DNA of 64,000 nucleotides, from assembly GCF_033153115.1 (NCBI RefSeq), contig NW_026889803.1, positions 59,582,001 to 59,646,000 on the forward strand, written 5' to 3'. The stretch's first letter is position 1. Every line of letters starts with the position of its first letter. Shown here piece by piece: positions 57,061 through 64,000 of the stretch. Position numbers and translations under genes: made by a program. Below the pieces are notes generated by a model that saw only the letters and a list, made by a program, of their open reading frames with translations, searched no databases and was not told the origin of the DNA. Origin of the DNA: Saccostrea echinata (taxonomy: Eukaryota).

Positions 57061-60000
57061 TTGTGATTTCCGGTAGAAGTCGTAATATCAGTATCATTGA
57101 TAAGTATACTAGACTATATTGTTGAATTTCATTGTTTAATCACAACTCATCTATCATATGGATTATGAATATTTTGTTTTGGAATAGCAAAATACAGTCT
57201 TGAGTTGCACACTAAATACTTTGTTCGGAGAGGAACTCTTAATAACCTTCCGGCAAGGCTTTATTTATACTTAAAATACTTAAAGCGATTGTTGTCTCTT
57301 CCTATTAAAAGTTTGTCTGATGAGATTAGATTTGGTTTTGACAATGTATTCAGTATATGACTGAGATAATTCCAACTTCTTTACGCGAATTGAATTTTGA
57401 ACCAGAATAAATGAGCATAACATATACATATTTCATTAATGTGAAGCTTGATATCTTTTGACAGGGTTTCCATGTTTAATTTTCCTTAACATGTTTATAT
57501 TGCTTAATATAATTTTGAGTTAAACCGTGCAGTATTAACTACTGCCCAAGGAATTTGAATTACAATAAAACCCAGACCCTTCAGCATTGCGATAAAGTGG
57601 TTATATAGAAGAGCGATTGCAAAAAGTAATTTACTTTCAAAAGTTCTGATCAATTTCTTTTCAACCTCGGGTAATAGGCTTTTCGTTTGCTTTCCTTTTC
57701 TACAATAAAATAGCTCTTAAAATGATGCTTTTAATACGCTGTTTCCTCAGTCTTTGATCGAACTCGTTTTGCATTGCTAATACTCGTATTTTTCAGTGTT
57801 CAATTCGGGCTCAAATTTCCTGAAATTATGAAACAACTTTCCTGAAACAGGAACCAACCACGGAGTAACTTCCGGAAACGTCAAAGACAGCACCGAATTA
57901 CCCGGAAGTCGGCCCCGGGTAGTTAAGTATACGAGAATTGATTAGTTATTGGAAGCAGTTGCTGGTTGATAAATTGAAAATCGGACATAGAACTTAATGG
58001 ATGTTTGAAATAGAAATGCTGGCATCAATTGTGCAAACCGTAATTACATTTCGTTTGTCTGTAAGTGTTCCAAGCTTCGTCTCCTGGCCATTCAATGAAA
58101 AAAAGACTCGGTATGTTTAACGGGACCATTGCTTCTCAGAGTTATAATCATTATTATAAGAAAAGCGTTTTTTTTTTCACTTTTGTATGATTTCTACCTA
58201 TATATTTCCATAATATGAACCCAATCTGCAACTTTTTCCTCTCTAATAAAAATATTTACCACCCGGTCCGATTAAAGAACGTTTTAATTGGACATTCACT
58301 TACAACAAATAAGGTTTCTCTAAGGCGCTAATTTTAATTAATTAATCTGATTCTATTTGGAACATATATGATCTTTTGTAAAATGTGAAATGTCAACAAC
58401 TTGAAGATCTTGCTGGTTCTGTCTTTCAACAAACTCTTTAAAACAATTTTACGCTTTGAGATGGACTTTTACTGCGTTACTGAGGTCGAATCTGCCTTCA
58501 CTGCTCTCTCTTCTTGATTTTTATGTTTTATACATGTATATGATAATTGTAATCTATTGATATTATGCAACTTGAAGACAAGCGATGTATCATCCTCTCA
58601 TTTCCATTTAACACAAAAAGTGATTGCTTGCAATCAATTGCTGACTTAAGAGTTTTCATAGGAAAATATTTACATTCAGTGTAATTTTCTTTATGAAATC
58701 CATTGGAAATCTACAATATTCAAATTATCATACCGCTTATACGACCAACCACATCCAAATCCAAGAATTCAAGGCTTAAATAAAGTTGAATAATTTCAAG
58801 CATTGGTATTTTTATAGAGCCTTTTTAATATCTGTCAACTTCTGTTATGTCTAAAATTGCCTCCCATTTACAATAAAAAAGTATATGGAGAATCCCTTTT
58901 TCTGTCTAAAGATTTTTTTCCTCGGAGTTTGCGGAAACGCCAATTGTCTGGGACTTAACTTGCAGAAGTCGAATACAAATTCTGGTATCCGAAACTCGAT
59001 AAAATTACCCGTAATTGCGGTGTGAGCACTATGCGCCTTTCCGATCACACACCGATGCTTGGTTCTCCCCAGGAAACAAGCCGTACCTTTTAGATGTATA
59101 ATTTCCTCTTGGAAAGGAAAAGCGCTTCACCGCTGTCATTAGCAAAGGAAGTTGACTGGAAATGTCCCGTGCTATTTCTAACGATAGCGCTGATTGGTCA
59201 TCAAATGCTACATTAAGACTAAAAGGAAAACGGCACGGAATGGCAATTAGTAAATAAAATGGTTTCTTTGTTTATAATGGACTTTGATCTTTGTGAATTG
59301 AGTTTCTGATGACTGCAAATCTCCGGCCCTGTATTATATTTCCTTGTCTTTGGTAAATAAAGAATTTCTTTATGACAAAATCAATGTTCAATGTCCGGTG
59401 CAGATTGGCAGATAAGATCTCGAGACATGAATCGTCTTTTGTACGATGTCTTATAACATCCAAAATTCAAACAGTGTTTGTGCCATTAATTAAATGAATT
59501 TCTGTATCACGAAAAGCAATTCTCAGGGATAGTGTTTTTGAAGTACCAGCCTGTTACACCTCATGCACGTCAGATATAAGGATTCTTTTACATTGGTAAT
59601 GCAGTCACCATTGCATGCGATCAATGAGAACATGTAACTAATGAACAACTTTTAAAACAAATGTCGGATTTTCACTCGTGCTTATTTCTATTTTAGTTGT
59701 TTAACATAGAAATATTCAAAGGTTAAAATCTTTTATATAAAGCTTGGAAAAAAATATTGTTTGTTATTTTTGGCCTAGAATAAAAAAAAATCGCTAAAAC
59801 TGCTGGAAAGGATTCATGCCGAGTCAGGATACATTTTCAAGAACTTTTTCAGCTTGAATGAATATATAATTAGATTTAGATAAAATGCCAGCTAGATCCA
59901 TGTGCGAAGCAAAATGCCTTTGAAACTTGGTTGAACTCCATGGGTTTTGTGGACAAGTGGCCATTTGAAATCCTGAGAAATTAAAAGCTAATACTGACTC

Positions 60001-60434
60001 AACACCAGAATCACCTAAAGATTTCATGTTTAGAAGTGACAATGAATTAATATTATTGAATATGTCTATGAATCCAGAAGCGGTATCAGATTCATTTTAT
60101 TAGCTTTTATACATTTTAGAAACTTCAAAAATAAATAAATAAATTTAGCATCGTTTTTAATATTCGGTAAGAAATGTGAGCACCTATTTCCAGTGCATCA
60201 GTATACAAGAGAAGACAACTTTCACTGTTTGATTTAAGTCAAAATTCAAGGAACCTTAAATATTTATTTTACAATCTTTATATTCAGTACAATCTTTATA
60301 TTCAGTACAATCTTTATATTTAGAATATTTTAGCAGATACTAGTATACATATTCCATCACTGTTCGTCTTATAGCCAGTAGTGATCTGCAAACACTCCTT
60401 TGTCATGTACGGAATGGGCAGGGAATTTTTTAAA

Positions 60435-60748
60435 CTTCAGATAACAGTATATGTATATGTATAACAGGATATGTATATAATATTATTTTTATGTGTAACA
60501 GTATGTATATGTATAACATTATTTATATGTATAACAGTATGTAAATGTATAACATTATTAATATTTATTATATACAGTATGTATATGGATAACATTATTT
60601 ATATGCATAATAGTATGTAAATGCATAACGGTATGTATATGTAAAACAGTATGTATATGTATAACAGTATGTAAATGTATAACATTATTAATATGTATAA
60701 CAGTATGTATATGGATAACATTATGTACATGTATATGTAGGACATTAT
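60435..60748. repeat. 18-nt degenerate minisatellite
   Basis: TATGTATAACAGTATGTA / TATGTATAACATTATTTA units; accounts for the HIHTV ORF. Confidence 0.88.
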
Positions 60749-61879
60749 TGAGATGATATAGATCAAAGTGTTTCATAATTTTTTTCCGCCACTTTTTTTT
60801 GGTTCCACTAATCACAGGAGTATGAGGTGTACAAATTTTATTTCAGGGTGCGAACTAATATTCAATTTGTAGCAAAGCAAGGGTAATTCATAGTTTGACA
60901 AAAGTTGAATAATAATTCTATGCTCAATTTATCTGCGATGGAGAAAAATTAATACAAACACCACATCCGCGAATCCAGACCCCCCAAACACCATCAAACC
61001 CCCATAACAGTGGATTTCTTACAGTTATAATTATTAATAAAAATAGGCAAAACATATATATATACTCTTTTTTTCAATTTTGTTTAATGTTTTTATGATA
61101 TTAATTTTTATCTTGTTTTACAGGATTTCAATTTACAGCAGTATGTTCAGCTTATGAAATATTGATCTCTAAAGAGGAGAGACTTAATTTGAATTGCCTC
61201 TCTTCACCTGTCACCGAGGGTTTCTCATAGGAGTATAAATATCAGCTAGTAAAGAACCCAAATACCCGAGTGTTAACTATTTATAACTAAACAGATTATG
61301 AAGATTAGTACACAGAAATAGAATAAGTTAGATAACACGATAATATTGGTAGAAAGGTTCATTTCCTCCTCTTTTGTTGTTTTTTTTTTTCAATATTGAC
61401 TTTATGTATAGTCTAGAAAAACTCTCGAAAGGGACGTTAAACAACAAACAAATAAACAATAGCTATGTACGTCCGTCCACACCGGTGAAAACGAATTTGA
61501 CCACAAGATCATCTTTATATCTTGGCAGTTACATCAAATATATATACCTCTCCGTGTTCGGAAACAATTGAAAATGTCCAGAAAGCTATCTTTGTTGTCA
61601 TGACGGCTATACTATTTTCGGGTATGCATATAGCGTTTAACTAGTGTACTACATAGCAAAAAATATTGACTGATGGTACAATGTGTTCATAATCATACTT
61701 TATAAAGAAAGTTCAGGTATGCTGTTTTATCAATGTCCGTCCGTCCATCTGGCAAACTATGTTCTTCCTCAAACTCCTCTTAAACTGTAACGATAGCCAA
61801 TTCATCTTTCGGAATATGATTAGTGGTGTTAGATTTCGAAGTTTCATTTTCATCCTGGTGATGATCAAAATCAAAAGCC

Positions 61880-62420
61880 CACCAAAATTCTAACAGCTTC
61901 TTGGAAGACCGGTCTCTAAAGACTACATAGATATATTGTCATTGAGGAAATTCGGCATCTTTCAAAATATCAACTTCAGAGTACTTTTTTGTAAAATCAG
62001 TATGGTTTTTAATAAAATAAAATATTTTTGTAGATATAACAATTTACAAGGTATGAACATTAACGAGTTCCATTTTTTCTCATTGAGGAAGCAGTTGTGA
62101 CGTTAAAAAGCCTTCTTTTTAATTTTTCATGAGGAATGGTTAGAAAAGAAATATGTTTTGATGCTTTTGATGTTTGAAAAGTTTTGAGATTTTAAATTTT
62201 CCAAATGTTTTTAAAATCCACATTTGATTTACAACACTTCTTGAATATGATGTAGCACTATACGTCTGAAATTTTTTTCCTTCATTATAATATTTTGGTG
62301 AGCAGTAAGGATAGGGGTTCGGCTGAACATTCACTACACCTTGCAATAAATCTTTGTTTTTCAGGATTCTTATGAAGTAATGGAATCCGGAATAGGTACG
62401 GTAAATTAAACTTTTAATAT
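61880..62420 (-). mobile_element. Penelope-like RT fragment (left arm of a head-to-head pair)
   Basis: PYLFRIPLLHKNPEKQRFIA...YSRSVVNQMWILK; ends near the LNDNIYVVFRDR region. Confidence 0.8.
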
Positions 62421-62434
62421 TCCCAACAACCAAC

Positions 62435-63045
62435 ATGAATTTGAAAACCCATATCTATATTGGATTCCGAAACTTCATAAAAATCCTTACAAACAAAAAT
62501 ACATAGCGGTTTCCAGTAAATGTTCTACCAAGCCTCTTTCTTTACTCCTCATAAAATATTAACAGTATTGAAGGAGAAACTTCAAGAGTACTGTAAAATA
62601 ATATTTTTGAGAAGTGGTGTAAATCAGATGTGGATACTTAAAATTTCCAAGGAACTTTTGGAAAATTTGAAATCACAAAATTTTACCAAAATCAACAACA
62701 TAAAAACGTTCGACTTTTTCAACTTTAAATACAACCATTCCCCACGACAAATTAAAGTCCAGCATTTTGATATCATTGACAGCTGCTTTTTCAATAAAAG
62801 TGGAACTCTTAAATTTACTTACGTTGTCATTGGTCATTTGCAAAATTATTTTGTTAAAAAACATTCTGATTGTGCACACAAGTACTCTGAAGTTGATAAT
62901 AAAAAGATGCTTAAGTTTTTGATTGACAATATCTATGTTGTTTTGGAGACCAGATCTTCCAACAATCTAATGCTCACTCCTCCATGTCACCTGATCCCAC
63001 CTCTAATGTTTTAGAGGACCGTGTTTCCTCTGCTCCAAAATTTGA
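62435..63045 (+). mobile_element. Penelope-like RT fragment (right arm), internally deleted, with 3' module
   Basis: PYLYWIPKLHKNPYKQKYIA...SGVNQMWILK.SKELLENL...IKTFDF...FLIDNIYVV, then ATGCTCACTCCTCCATGTCACCTGATCCCACCTCT. Confidence 0.85.
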
Positions 63046-64000
63046 GGTAGAATAATGTTTTTTTTATCGCCATATATTTCATGTGGAATTAAAACTGAGT
63101 TCTTCTGAATTGCAGCTTTACAAGAAGATACTATATTGTTACAAGCTTTGTCAGCTGGAATCAAAACATTTTTTTCATTGAAGTCTTTCTATTTTAATCA
63201 CTTAATTTTATTTTTATTTTTTAATTTCAGACTGTTAAAGCATTTAAGAGCCATTCTCTGTAATGACTTGAACTTTTATATAGGAGCTGTGGCACGCATA
63301 GTCTCAGAATTTCTCCAAACTCTCTATGATAAAACTCTTTGATACCATAAACTCAAATCAGGCAAAAATTGGTTGCTACGTGTCATGGTTACCATAACAA
63401 CATGTCCTAAAGTTTGAAAAATGGCATTTTTCAACATCTTCAGAGTCCCACAGTTAACGTTTGCAGCAAAGCAAACAAGTGGCAATGACTGTTTCTGAAA
63501 GCTGAAGGCCTGGTGTCTTAAATGCATGATAAACATGTTTGGTAAATCATCTATAACATACGTTACTATGGAAACCACGTATTCAAAAGTAATAATTCTG
63601 TTCATTTAATTTTATAAAGTCATACACTTAAGAATAAAAACAATTATAGGTTGAAATGCAAGCAAATAATAGAGAAGAGATCCTTGTAACATATACCAAG
63701 GACAAATTATGGTATTTCTTATAGGTTGGCAATGGTTGCCATGGTTTTAATACCATGAAGGGATTTTAAATTTACTCTCTTAGTGTTTTAATCTTATCCT
63801 ATCTTTTTAAAAAGCATATTTCTATATAACTGATGATCAATTTTTAAAGGCCTTGGTGTGACCCTAATTTTCGCATTTCAAAAAATTCAATTTCAATTCT
63901 TTAAATAGTGCGTTGCTATGGAAATAAGGTGAAAAAACATGCATAAAAATCTGAAAAACACTCTGTTTCCTTGGATACGTACAGTTGTATGTAGATTCCC

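Noticed and set aside
57316-57345. Second hammerhead candidate (CTGATGAG...)
   Set aside because: Lacks the GAAA core and stems I and III.
59824-60096. Minus-strand open stretch containing DSGVES (beta-TrCP degron-like, as in IkB)
   Set aside because: No ankyrin or other exons nearby, no convincing start or splice sites; a 6-aa motif can occur by chance.
60558-60815. His-rich ORF (HIHTV repeats)
   Set aside because: Product of the 18-nt minisatellite.
63380-63925. Repeated GTTGCCATGG / GTTACTATGGAAAC motifs resembling RFX X-boxes
   Set aside because: The same motif context occurs at ~54640-54660 and looks like part of a dispersed repeat, with no associated gene start.

Overview
AT-rich eukaryotic (metazoan) genomic DNA. 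The repeat families (Cg170/HindIII-like ~166-bp satellite, HINE/Helentron-type elements, Penelope-like RT fragments, tRNA-SINE) point to a bivalve, most likely an oyster; this is an inference. Two + strand, intron-rich genes were rebuilt by hand from GT-AG boundaries and protein similarity. (1) A complete 17-exon PRMT5 (ATG 898 to TAG 25331; 1902 nt, 633 aa). (2) An ERG/FLI1-subfamily ETS transcription factor (about 40676-51422) with a long low-complexity N-terminus, a PNT/SAM domain and an ETS domain. Introns and intergenic DNA hold many non-autonomous DNA transposons (several nested), a truncated LTR retrotransposon, Penelope-like fragments including an intact minimal hammerhead ribozyme, and a 123-bp solo-LTR-like element built around a tRNA-like sequence. 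The most unusual pattern is in PRMT5: at least six exon boundaries (donors of exons 5, 7, 10 and 14, the acceptor of exon 11, and the stop-codon region; exon 8 more weakly) are each the end unit of their own tandem array. These arrays copy the boundary and adjacent sequence into the intron or UTR and create rows of decoy splice sites. No such arrays were seen in the ERG-like gene. There is one 139-N assembly gap (42518-42656). Most short ORFs in the supplied track are spurious.
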